Shown here piece by piece: positions 56,045 through 63,190 of a stretch of 64,000 nucleotides of DNA. Source of the stretch: Pseudoramibacter sp. (GTDB lineage Bacteria > Bacillota > Clostridia > Eubacteriales > Eubacteriaceae); the NCBI RefSeq assembly GCF_022484225.1, contig NZ_JAKVLT010000001.1:1663406-1727405 (forward strand), given 5' to 3'. The position numbers were made by a program, and so were the translations under genes. The notes beneath the pieces are model-generated. The model was not told where the DNA came from, searched no databases, and worked only from the letters and a program-made list of their open reading frames with translations. The first letter of the stretch is position 1. The number at the start of each line of letters is the position of its first letter.

Positions 56045-56854
56045 CTATAATATATAATGTTTAATAATATTTGAAACACCCTCATGATCGTTATCGTATT
56101 GTCCAACAATATCTGCAGCCTCTTTTATTTTAGACGTGCCATTTTGCATTGCAATACCAAGACCCGCTTCTTGAATCATTTCCAGATCATTTTCGTCATC
56201 GCCGACTGCGGTAACCTGATCCATGGGGATATGATAATGTCTGCACACTTCTTTTAAAGCTTCAAATTTATTTAAAGCCTTAGGTGCGATTTCAACAACT
56301 TTATCTCCAGCGTCATAAGAACGTGCTCCTTCTTCCTGAATCTCATGGGCTAAAGACACTTCCCAGCCATTTCTGCAGTAAAAAACAATGCGCACCGGAT
56401 GACTGATTTCTTCAGCATTATTTACTGGACGAATATAAGTTTGTTGAAGTAGCTTTTCGGCTGTTTGACTCGGTTGAATGCGCAAATCCTTTTCGTAAAA
56501 AACTTCAGAAACGGTATCGACAAAATAAAACAAAGGTGTCTGGCGTATTTTATTAATAATACGAAGAAAAAGTTCTGGAGCAAATCCCTTTGTTCGCCAC
56601 ATGAGCTCTTGTCCACAATACAGTCCGCCTCCGCCATTGCATACATGCCAATTATTTTGTATGTGCTGGCTTAATTGAGACGTAAAATTAATTTGCGATC
56701 GGTATAACCGACCGCTTGCAGTGATAACACGAATGCCTGCTTTTTCGCATGCTTTCAATGCCTGCTTACTTTGACAGGAAATGGTTTTTTTCGAGGTCAA
56801 AAGCGTATTGTCTAAATCAAGTGCTAATAATTTAATCGTCCGTTTTTGTTCCAT
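56045..56854 (-). CDS. Cof-type HAD-IIB phosphatase
   Basis: LALDLDNTLL...TASGR...GDDENDLEM. The start at 56854 overlaps the stop of the upstream membrane gene (TAATG). Confidence 0.8.
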   Translation of the reverse strand: MEQKRTIKLLALDLDNTLLTSKKTISCQSKQALKACEKAGIRVITASGRLYRSQINFTSQLSQHIQNNWHVCNGGGGLYCGQELMWRTKGFAPELFLRIINKIRQTPLFYFVDTVSEVFYEKDLRIQPSQTAEKLLQQTYIRPVNNAEEISHPVRIVFYCRNGWEVSLAHEIQEEGARSYDAGDKVVEIAPKALNKFEALKEVCRHYHIPMDQVTAVGDDENDLEMIQEAGLGIAMQNGTSKIKEAADIVGQYDNDHEGVSNIIKHYIL

Positions 56855-57348
56855 TAAGCACCAGCTGCCATAAGTCCAAATGCACAAAGTGCTGTTACAA
56901 TTACACCTGCTATCGCTGATCCCAAAACTGCCGACAGCACCCCTTGCTTAAAGTCCATTTCAATAAGAGATGCCGCCAGACATCCTGTCCATACGCCAGT
57001 CCCGGGAAGCGGAATGGCAATAAAAATCATCAGTCCCCAAAATTTATATTTTGTAATACTTTTTGATTTATTCATTCCTCTTTCATGAAGCCATTCAGCG
57101 AATCTTCCCAATGCACCTTTTTTACTTCTCATCCATTTTAATAATGCAGGCAGTAATTTCAAAATAAAAGGGGCCGGAACAATTGAGCCTGCCCATGCGA
57201 GCAGAAAAGTTTGCAAATAAGGCATATGCATCAGCAAAGTTCCAACCGGGATGGCCCCTCGCAGCTCGACAATAGGAACCATTGAGATAATAAAAACCTC
57301 AAGCCAGTGCGGCAAAAAAGAAAAAAACTGAATAATCGAATGTGCCAA
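56854..57348 (-). CDS. small multidrug-export-like membrane protein (COG2426/PF06695-like)
   Basis: 164 aa with 4 TMs and MVPIVELRGAIPVG. A probable TTG start has SD AGGAG 7 nt upstream. Confidence 0.6.
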   Translation of the reverse strand: MAHSIIQFFSFLPHWLEVFIISMVPIVELRGAIPVGTLLMHMPYLQTFLLAWAGSIVPAPFILKLLPALLKWMRSKKGALGRFAEWLHERGMNKSKSITKYKFWGLMIFIAIPLPGTGVWTGCLAASLIEMDFKQGVLSAVLGSAIAGVIVTALCAFGLMAAGA

Positions 57349-57479
57349 AAAAACGCTCCTTTTGTGTTATTTCAATATTAATGATAAAATGTTCAAGACT
57401 TTGACATATATTGTACACCAAATAAAACAAATTACAATTATTACTTCTATTACTTCATAAAAAAGAAAGAGAGTATGCG

Positions 57480-58223
57480 ATGAAAAAAATCTTAGGTCCA
57501 ATGCGCCGCGCGATTCAACAATTTAATATGATTAGTGATGGAGACCGCATCGCCGTTGGTTTATCCGGCGGGAAGGACAGCATTGCTTTGTTAGCTGCGC
57601 TGGCGCGTTATCAAAAATTTGCACCTATCGATTTCGAATTAGAAGCGGTCACGATTGATGCAGGACTTGAAGGCATGAATTACGCCCCTCTAATCGAATA
57701 CTGTCATCAAATCAATATTCCTTATACCATACTCAAAACTTCTATAGCATCTGTTGTCTTTGATATTCGTAAAGAACAAAACCCCTGTTCTTTGTGTGCC
57801 CGTATGCGCCGTGGTGCGCTGCACAATCTCTGCAAAGATTTGCATTGTAATAAACTTGCTCTTGGCCATCATGCCGATGATGCCATTGAGACATTTTTTT
57901 TAAGTCTTTTTTATGAGGGCCGAATCAATACCTTTCAACCCGTGACGTATCTCAATCGTAAAAAAATCACTTTGATTCGTCCTCTGGTTTTTGTCAAAGA
58001 AAAAGACATTATTTACGACCCTGAATGCCAGCGGCTTCCCATTATAGGTTCAACCTGCCCAGCCGATGGATTTACGAAACGTGAAGAAGTGAAAGAATTT
58101 GTGTCAAAAATGCGTACAGAAATCCCCGATTTTAACCGCAAAATTCTTTCTGCCATCCAGAATCCCCACCCATTTTTACCATGGGCTAATACATCCAAAA
58201 ATAAAGGACATTCTAATGATTAG
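57480..58223 (+). CDS. ttcA: PP-loop ATPase, tRNA 2-thiocytidine synthetase TtcA-like
   Basis: It has VGLSGGKDS (PP-loop), CSLCARMRRG and GHHADD. Confidence 0.75.
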   Translation: MKKILGPMRRAIQQFNMISDGDRIAVGLSGGKDSIALLAALARYQKFAPIDFELEAVTIDAGLEGMNYAPLIEYCHQINIPYTILKTSIASVVFDIRKEQNPCSLCARMRRGALHNLCKDLHCNKLALGHHADDAIETFFLSLFYEGRINTFQPVTYLNRKKITLIRPLVFVKEKDIIYDPECQRLPIIGSTCPADGFTKREEVKEFVSKMRTEIPDFNRKILSAIQNPHPFLPWANTSKNKGHSND

Positions 58224-58231
58224 AATGTCCT
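58205..58231. terminator. hairpin at convergent gene ends (ttcA-like / Uma2)
   Basis: GGACATTCTA-atgat-TAGAATGTCC is a perfect 10 bp stem. The U-tract is weak, so terminator function is uncertain. Confidence 0.4.
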
Positions 58232-58247
58232 AATTATTATCATGAAC

Positions 58248-58790
58248 TTATGCTTTAAAAATATTTGAAAATGAAATAAAAAGATCGCGGTAAATGGAGA
58301 CCTTAATACGCTGGGGTGAATTATATATTTTAGGAACAAAGCCATTTTTTCTAAAATTATAATCCAATATAACCTGTTTTTGAGGATCAATGATCCAATA
58401 TTCTTTTACGCCGCCTTCAGCATAAATACCCGTTTTCATTAAATAGACCATTTCCTCTTCTTCTGGCGAAACCACTTCAATAACCCAATCTGGAAAAGAA
58501 CTGCCGTTAACTGTAACGGTTAATGACGGCCGCAGCTGCGTGCGCTGCATTTTCCCTACCATAAGCACTTCGTAGGGATCTGATAATTGGTCAAGGGGCC
58601 GATGGCTTAAATGATATTGTTTCAAAATAGACGACAGATATTTAACAATGGCCTTCGCTTTTGGATCTGTCGTATTTTTCGCATACTCTTCACCATTTAT
58701 GATTTCACCATGGGGCTTAAAGAGTTGAGATTCCTGATCTTTTTCTTCTATTGACTTATCTTCAAATTTCTGATCGTTGCTCATGTCCAT
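58248..58790 (-). CDS. Uma2-family (DUF820) PD-(D/E)XK endonuclease-fold protein
   Basis: 180 aa. FPDWVIEVVSP...MKTGIYAEGGVKEYWIIDP matches the Uma2 signature (aPDLavEvlSP...K...Y...Gv.EYWivDp). SD AAGGAG is upstream. Confidence 0.7.
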   Translation of the reverse strand: MDMSNDQKFEDKSIEEKDQESQLFKPHGEIINGEEYAKNTTDPKAKAIVKYLSSILKQYHLSHRPLDQLSDPYEVLMVGKMQRTQLRPSLTVTVNGSSFPDWVIEVVSPEEEEMVYLMKTGIYAEGGVKEYWIIDPQKQVILDYNFRKNGFVPKIYNSPQRIKVSIYRDLFISFSNIFKA

Positions 58791-58805
58791 TCCACTTATA
58801 CTCCT

Positions 58806-59636
58806 TTATTTCATTTCTTTAATGTGGCCAACTTCCGATTCAATTTCCCGTTTTAATAAAATTAACTGGATCAAATCTTCCTGAGGATTGAATTCCTTAT
58901 TGTATTCATCCGCCAATTCTGGTCTCTGCAGGCGGCGCAGCATTTCAATATTATCTACAATATCGTTAACCGTGCTGGATTTCATTCTGAAAAGCTTCTG
59001 GGCTGATAGAATTTCATCACGAATCGTCGACATTTCTGTGTCCAATGACTGAACTGTACTTGCTGTTTTAGTCAGGCGTTTTTTAATTACTTCCGGTAAT
59101 TTCGCCTTGTACTTATAATTTAATGAATGCTCCACTACAGCCCAGAAATTCATGGCCAAAGTCCTGATTTGAATTTCGACAAAAACTTCCCGATAACCCA
59201 CACTGCTGAACACCGGATACTTCACAATAATGTGATAGCTCTGATACCCGCTTGGTTTGGGATGCCCTTCACCACTGTGAAAAGCCGAACGGTCTTCCCC
59301 TTCCAAATAATTTTTAACTTGAAAAACCGTTAGATCTTTGTTGTTGCGCGAATAAATCATATCAGCCACTTCATAAATGTCTTCTACAAACTGACAGATG
59401 ATGCGAATACCCGCAAGATCCCGGATTTTTTCTTCTACATCATCTACATCATAATGATATTTATTGATTTTTTCAAGAATACTTGATAATGATTTAACAC
59501 GTCCGGTAACCGACTCTATAGGAGACGTTTCTCCAAGCTGCGCTTTTTGATCTTTCAGTTGATTAAATTTCAACAATAATTCGTCAACTGCCTGATGATA
59601 CGGCATTAATATTCTTTGCCAGTCTTTCGCTTTCAT
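58806..59636 (-). CDS. small alarmone synthetase (RelA/SpoT-domain GTP pyrophosphokinase, RelQ/RelP-like)
   Basis: GRVKSLSSILEKI...LAGIRIICQF...GYQSYHIIVKYPV...VEIQIRTLAMNFWAVVEHSLNYKYK. Confidence 0.85.
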   Translation of the reverse strand: MKAKDWQRILMPYHQAVDELLLKFNQLKDQKAQLGETSPIESVTGRVKSLSSILEKINKYHYDVDDVEEKIRDLAGIRIICQFVEDIYEVADMIYSRNNKDLTVFQVKNYLEGEDRSAFHSGEGHPKPSGYQSYHIIVKYPVFSSVGYREVFVEIQIRTLAMNFWAVVEHSLNYKYKAKLPEVIKKRLTKTASTVQSLDTEMSTIRDEILSAQKLFRMKSSTVNDIVDNIEMLRRLQRPELADEYNKEFNPQEDLIQLILLKREIESEVGHIKEMK

Positions 59637-59666
59637 CTCTCACCTTTTCACTCATATTATAACTGA

Positions 59667-60635
59667 TTATCGCATTTTGCCAATTACTTTCTTGGAATTT
59701 TTCCGAAAAGCTATGCCCTGCACCAGATGATCTTTTCGCATTTTATCGATCAGCATTTCTCTAACTTTCCACCAACTGATATGCCAATTCGTCTGAATCG
59801 AATCTTGTTCTGGAATACGTCCGATAATACGCTGGAGTGCAATATCCGGCGATAAATGGGTTAAAAAAAGAATTGCTCGATCAATATAATCATCAACATT
59901 CAATAAATCAATTTTCTTTTGCTGATACATTTTCGCCAATACAGTACCGCGTTCAACGTATAAAGCATGACATTTCACAAAATCATTTTTTAATACAGAA
60001 AGCAATTCTGCCCCTTCAATGACATCCACTTCGTCATCCCAGGGCAGGTCCAGGATCATATGTGTACACAATTGAAATCCATGCGCCTTGATACGCAGTG
60101 CCGCATCAACGTAATCCGACAATAAATGCCCTCGGTTAAGTTTTATTAAGGTATGAGAATTGGTCGTTTGCAGTCCCAATTCCAGACAAATATCGACATG
60201 GTTTTGCGTACTGATCTCGCTCAAATAATCTAATTGCTGATTACTGATACAATCCGGACGCGTTGAAATGGCAATGCCCACAACATTTTTTCCAAGGCAG
60301 GCTTTGATATTTTTTTGAAATGTTTCAAAGTCAACATAGGTATTGCTAAAATCCTGAAGAAAGGGAATAAACAAATTAGCGTGATAACGCTTGCTGATGT
60401 AAGCTTCATTCTGTTTAATTTGATCTTCGATCGGAATTGTCGCTGATAAAGTTTCATTTCCGGCGCCCTTTGCCCCGCAAAAAATACATCCGCCTCTCGA
60501 CAGCGTACCGTCTCGATTTGGACAAGTTCCCCCTGTGTTGACAGGAATTTTATAAACTTTTTGCCCATACTTCCTTTTTAACCATGATGCATACGTCAGA
60601 TAGGGCAAATGATTCTGATAAGGATCTTTATTCAT
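59667..60635 (-). CDS. TIGR01212-family radical SAM protein
   Basis: 322 aa. GGTCPNRDGTLSRGGCIFCG is the characteristic cluster motif of this family. Confidence 0.75.
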   Translation of the reverse strand: MNKDPYQNHLPYLTYASWLKRKYGQKVYKIPVNTGGTCPNRDGTLSRGGCIFCGAKGAGNETLSATIPIEDQIKQNEAYISKRYHANLFIPFLQDFSNTYVDFETFQKNIKACLGKNVVGIAISTRPDCISNQQLDYLSEISTQNHVDICLELGLQTTNSHTLIKLNRGHLLSDYVDAALRIKAHGFQLCTHMILDLPWDDEVDVIEGAELLSVLKNDFVKCHALYVERGTVLAKMYQQKKIDLLNVDDYIDRAILFLTHLSPDIALQRIIGRIPEQDSIQTNWHISWWKVREMLIDKMRKDHLVQGIAFRKNSKKVIGKMR

Positions 60636-60662
60636 CTTCGTGTCTCAATTATATAAACAGAT

Positions 60663-60699
60663 AAACGCCGAATGTATGATTTCACACAGTCGGCGTTTT
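60663..60699 (-). terminator. hairpin terminator after the small P-loop gene
   Basis: Minus strand: AAAACGCCGA, an 18 nt loop, then TCGGCGTTT, followed by ATCTGTTT (weak U-tract). Confidence 0.5.
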
Positions 60700-60737
60700 A
60701 AATAACATAAACCCGTTGAAAGTAACGAATCGCGAAT

Positions 60738-61157
60738 TTATTTATAATTTTTAACCCATTCTGGAATTTCTTTTTCGTCACAGCTCAGACTTAAAACGAA
60801 TTTAACATCCTGCTGTTTTTGAATGGCATCTAATCGCTTTAATAATCCTTCAGCGTCATTTGGTCCGTCGGCATTCAAAATTCTGAGAAGATTGTCGATG
60901 TAGACCGTATCGACATCGTAATTGCTGCCTAAAACGCCACAGATAAAGCCGTATAATTCATCTTCTCCCTTTATGCCAAAATCATCGCTGTTGATAAAGC
61001 GGATTTGTGTGTCAACGGTTACGCGATATTTATCTCTGTCATTTATAAAAAGAATTTGACCTTTGGAAGTTTCAAGTTCCGCATTTGCCATGTCGATCAT
61101 TTTTTTCGTCTTGCCGCTTCCCTTTGCTCCATATACAAATTCAATCATTTGAGACAC
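60738..61157 (-). CDS. small stand-alone P-loop NTPase, function unknown
   Basis: 139 aa with Walker A GAKGSGKT near the N-terminus and a Walker-B-like hydrophobic strand ending in D (DTVYID). Confidence 0.6.
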   Translation of the reverse strand: MSQMIEFVYGAKGSGKTKKMIDMANAELETSKGQILFINDRDKYRVTVDTQIRFINSDDFGIKGEDELYGFICGVLGSNYDVDTVYIDNLLRILNADGPNDAEGLLKRLDAIQKQQDVKFVLSLSCDEKEIPEWVKNYK

Positions 61158-61180
61158 CTACTTTCTACGTTGTTGTTTTT

Positions 61181-61209
61181 ATTATAACGGTGAAAACGAT
61201 ATTATTCAA
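61181..61209 (-). promoter_or_regulatory. promoter of the small P-loop gene
   Basis: Minus strand reads TTGAAT, a 17 nt spacer, then TATAAT. Confidence 0.6.
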
Positions 61210-61226
61210 TGCTTTTTTTTGTCTTT

Positions 61227-61862
61227 TTACGATCTCCTGCTTAACATATAGGTTAACGTGTACAGGCTGTCTGAAATATTTACATCTTCAATGACCACAT
61301 CATCGGGCAGGGTTAAATCAATCGGGACAAAATTCATGATGCCTTTAATGCCAGCCCGCACCACTTCATTGGCAACGCTTTGTCCTATTGTTCTTGGAAC
61401 ACACAGAATCGCAATATTAATCATATTTTCACGGACATATTCTTCAAGATAATCCATGTGAAAAATGGGAACGCCGTCGTGGGTCTGTCCGACCTTCTCC
61501 GGATCAATATCAAACATCGCCCGAATCCAGATGCCTTCGTTTTTAAATCCTTCATAATGAGAAATAGCGTGACCCAGATTGCCTGCCCCCACAATGACGC
61601 AGCGGTATGGACGGTCTAATCCCAATAAATCATGAATAACATTTCTTAAATCCTGCACCCGATAACCATATCCCTGCTGCCCATACGCACCAAAGGAATT
61701 AAGATCCTGACGAATTTGGGATGCTGTCAAACCCATCATTCTTGACAATTCCATCGACGAGATTTTTTGAAATCCTCTTTCATTGAGATCATTCAAAAAC
61801 CGATAATATTTCGGAAGTCTTCTGATGACACTCATCGATACTTTTTTTGACTTCTTTCGCAT
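61227..61862 (-). CDS. rex: redox-sensing transcriptional repressor Rex
   Basis: SVIRRLPKYYRFL...VIVGAGNLGHAI (Rossmann). The start was chosen at M14 of the track ORF (SD GGAG 6 nt upstream). The Rex-box/-10 element at 61911-61928 leaves no room for a leader before the ATG at 61901. Confidence 0.85.
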   Translation of the reverse strand: MRKKSKKVSMSVIRRLPKYYRFLNDLNERGFQKISSMELSRMMGLTASQIRQDLNSFGAYGQQGYGYRVQDLRNVIHDLLGLDRPYRCVIVGAGNLGHAISHYEGFKNEGIWIRAMFDIDPEKVGQTHDGVPIFHMDYLEEYVRENMINIAILCVPRTIGQSVANEVVRAGIKGIMNFVPIDLTLPDDVVIEDVNISDSLYTLTYMLSRRS

Positions 61863-61910
61863 AGATGCTCCACTCATTTTAAACTCAAATTCATCTCGCA
61901 TTCCTTATGA

Positions 61911-61928
61911 TTGTTATAATTATAACAA
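61911..61928. promoter_or_regulatory. Rex operator (perfect 18-bp palindrome) overlapping a TATAAT -10 box
   Basis: TTGTTATAATTATAACAA fits the Rex box pattern TTGTnAAnnnnTTnACAA and lies immediately upstream of rex. Confidence 0.6.
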
Positions 61929-61956
61929 AAGCGTATCGATAAATCAATTTTAACCA

Positions 61957-62001
61957 ATAAAAAAACTGTTTAAGTATATTATCTTAAACAGTTTTAAAAA
62001 A
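61957..62001. repeat. terminator-hairpin repeat, copy A
   Basis: ATAAAAAAACTGTTTAAG-tatatta-TCTTAAACAGTTTTAAA has the same flanks and stem as copy B at 62788-62832. In minus orientation it acts as the terminator of the 157-aa membrane ORF. Confidence 0.7.
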
Positions 62002-62457
62002 GAACATGCTTTTGCTATTAATGTCTGTATTTTCTATGCTTTTAATAAATTTATATCCTGCAATTATTTGAAAAATACAAGACAGTAAACTGCAGTGAGG
62101 GTTACTATTATTTGCAATATGCCATAACAATAAAAAAAGACCAAAATTCAATATTGCTAAAGTTAAATAAAAATAAGAGTATTTACGTAAATTAATACTA
62201 TTATTCTTTATATACACTAAAAATCCAATAATAATTACAATAATTCCGATACAATAATTAACAATCAATAAATACTTTGTTCGTTGATAATCCAGAAGAT
62301 CCATTTGATAATCATAATTTGTTACATTTGTATAAGTACCAGTTTTAAACAAAAATTCTATGAATCCAACTAATGCAAGAATTAGCAAGATTAATGACAG
62401 TATATTTAATACAAATGGCAGAAGTATATTCGTATTTCTTTTTTTTGATTTTTGCAA
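61984..62457 (-). CDS. hypothetical 4-TM membrane protein (very AT-rich gene)
   Basis: 157 aa, hydrophobic, with no recognisable family. It has only a TTG start and no clear SD, so the start and expression are uncertain. Confidence 0.4.
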   Translation of the reverse strand: MQKSKKRNTNILLPFVLNILSLILLILALVGFIEFLFKTGTYTNVTNYDYQMDLLDYQRTKYLLIVNYCIGIIVIIIGFLVYIKNNSINLRKYSYFYLTLAILNFGLFLLLWHIANNSNPHCSLLSCIFQIIAGYKFIKSIENTDINSKSMFFFKTV

Positions 62458-62492
62458 GTTTTGTTTATCCGAAGAAATACTTAATCTCTGAT

Positions 62493-62702
62493 TTATAGGT
62501 TTTTTTTGTTATTATCAATCAAATCATCAAATATATTATCTTTATTTTGATTTAACCGATCAAGATTTTCCTGCGCTTCTTTTGCAACATCTGTTCCCGG
62601 CATTCGATCAACAACTGCCTGGTAAAATTTTTTTGCTTTATCTATTTTCCCGCTTTGTTCAAATTCTTTTGCCTTGTTAATAACATCACGTGCGGTTGCC
62701 AT
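62493..62702 (-). CDS. small TPR-like hypothetical protein (69 aa)
   Basis: MATARDVINKAKEFEQSGKIDKAKKFYQAVVDRMPGTDVAKEAQENLDRL resembles a single YbgF-type TPR hairpin. SD AAAGGAAAAG precedes the ATG at 62702, and the longer track ORF start was rejected. Confidence 0.5.
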   Translation of the reverse strand: MATARDVINKAKEFEQSGKIDKAKKFYQAVVDRMPGTDVAKEAQENLDRLNQNKDNIFDDLIDNNKKNL

Positions 62703-62787
62703 AATCTTTTCCTTTAAAATTAATAAAATTTTACTACATGTAATGTTATTAATTATAGCAAACATACACTTATTATGCAATTGACGA

Positions 62788-62832
62788 CATAAAAAAACTG
62801 TTTAAGAACAATATCTTAAACAGTTTTAAACA
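62788..62832. repeat. terminator-hairpin repeat, copy B
   Basis: ATAAAAAAACTGTTTAAG-aacaata-TCTTAAACAGTTTTAAA. In minus orientation it is the terminator directly after tRNA-Leu. Confidence 0.7.
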
Positions 62833-62835
62833 AAA

Positions 62836-62919
62836 TGGTGCGGATGAAAGGATTCGAACCTTCATACACGAAGTACCAGATCCTAAATCTGGCGCGTCTG
62901 CCAGTTCCGCCACATCCGC
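62836..62919 (-). tRNA. tRNA-Leu (anticodon UAG), class II with long variable arm
   Basis: Minus strand: GCGGATGTGGCGGAACTGGCAGACGCGCCAGATTTAGGATCTGGTACTTCGTGTATGAAGGTTCGAATCCTTTCATCCGCACCA. The anticodon loop is UUUAGGA, with a GTTCGAATC T-loop and an encoded CCA. Confidence 0.9.
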
Positions 62920-62940
62920 ATATAAACATATAGCTTTTTT

Positions 62941-62969
62941 ATAATATAACACAATTCTGCATTAGTCAA
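62941..62969 (-). promoter_or_regulatory. promoter for tRNA-Leu
   Basis: Minus strand reads TTGACT, a 17 nt spacer, then TATTAT, about 22 nt upstream of the tRNA 5' end. Confidence 0.6.
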
Positions 62970-62997
62970 TGCTATTTCTGAGACAATATTTTTACAT

Positions 62998-63126
62998 ACA
63001 AAAGCCACTCCAAACAAGGCTTATCCTTATCTGAAGTGGCCCCTATCTCAATGGCACTTTTCAAGCACCACCCTATTTCCAAGGCAGCGTCACTCGAGAC
63101 GACTAGCGCTCGTATGTAACGTGCTT
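62998..63126 (-). ncRNA. candidate structured small RNA or structured 3' UTR of the metal ATPase gene (unclassified)
   Basis: This GC-rich island has 32 G/C in 63061-63120, against 13 in 63121-63180. No ORF of at least 60 aa overlaps it in the track. On the minus strand it ends in GCCACTTC-(21 nt with inner AAGG/CCTT stem)-GGAGTGGC plus TTTT. Upstream there is TTGATC-17-TATTTT with TGA extended -10 (63131-63159). A possible closing helix is AAGCAC...GTGCTT. Confidence 0.3.
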
Positions 63127-63190
63127 AAATAAAATATCATATGCATTTAATAAGATCAAGATAATATTTTTACCAAGATCTAATAAAAAT

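Noticed and set aside
58806-59636. Small alarmone synthetase as a toxSAS toxin.
   Set aside because: Its motif set and length look like ordinary RelQ/RelP-type enzymes. There is no small antitoxin-like ORF, and the downstream gene is a 180-aa Uma2 protein. It is retained only as a low-interest linkage observation.
63061-63100. AATAGGGTGGTGC and CCAAGGCAGC motifs, which suggested a T-box or SRP RNA.
   Set aside because: There is no ACCGCG continuation of the T-box core, no specifier or stem I elements, and no aminoacyl-tRNA synthetase or amino-acid gene downstream (a tRNA follows). The SRP domain IV hallmark (GGAAGCAGCC with AGGUCAGGUCC) is absent on both strands. The region is kept only as an unclassified candidate RNA.
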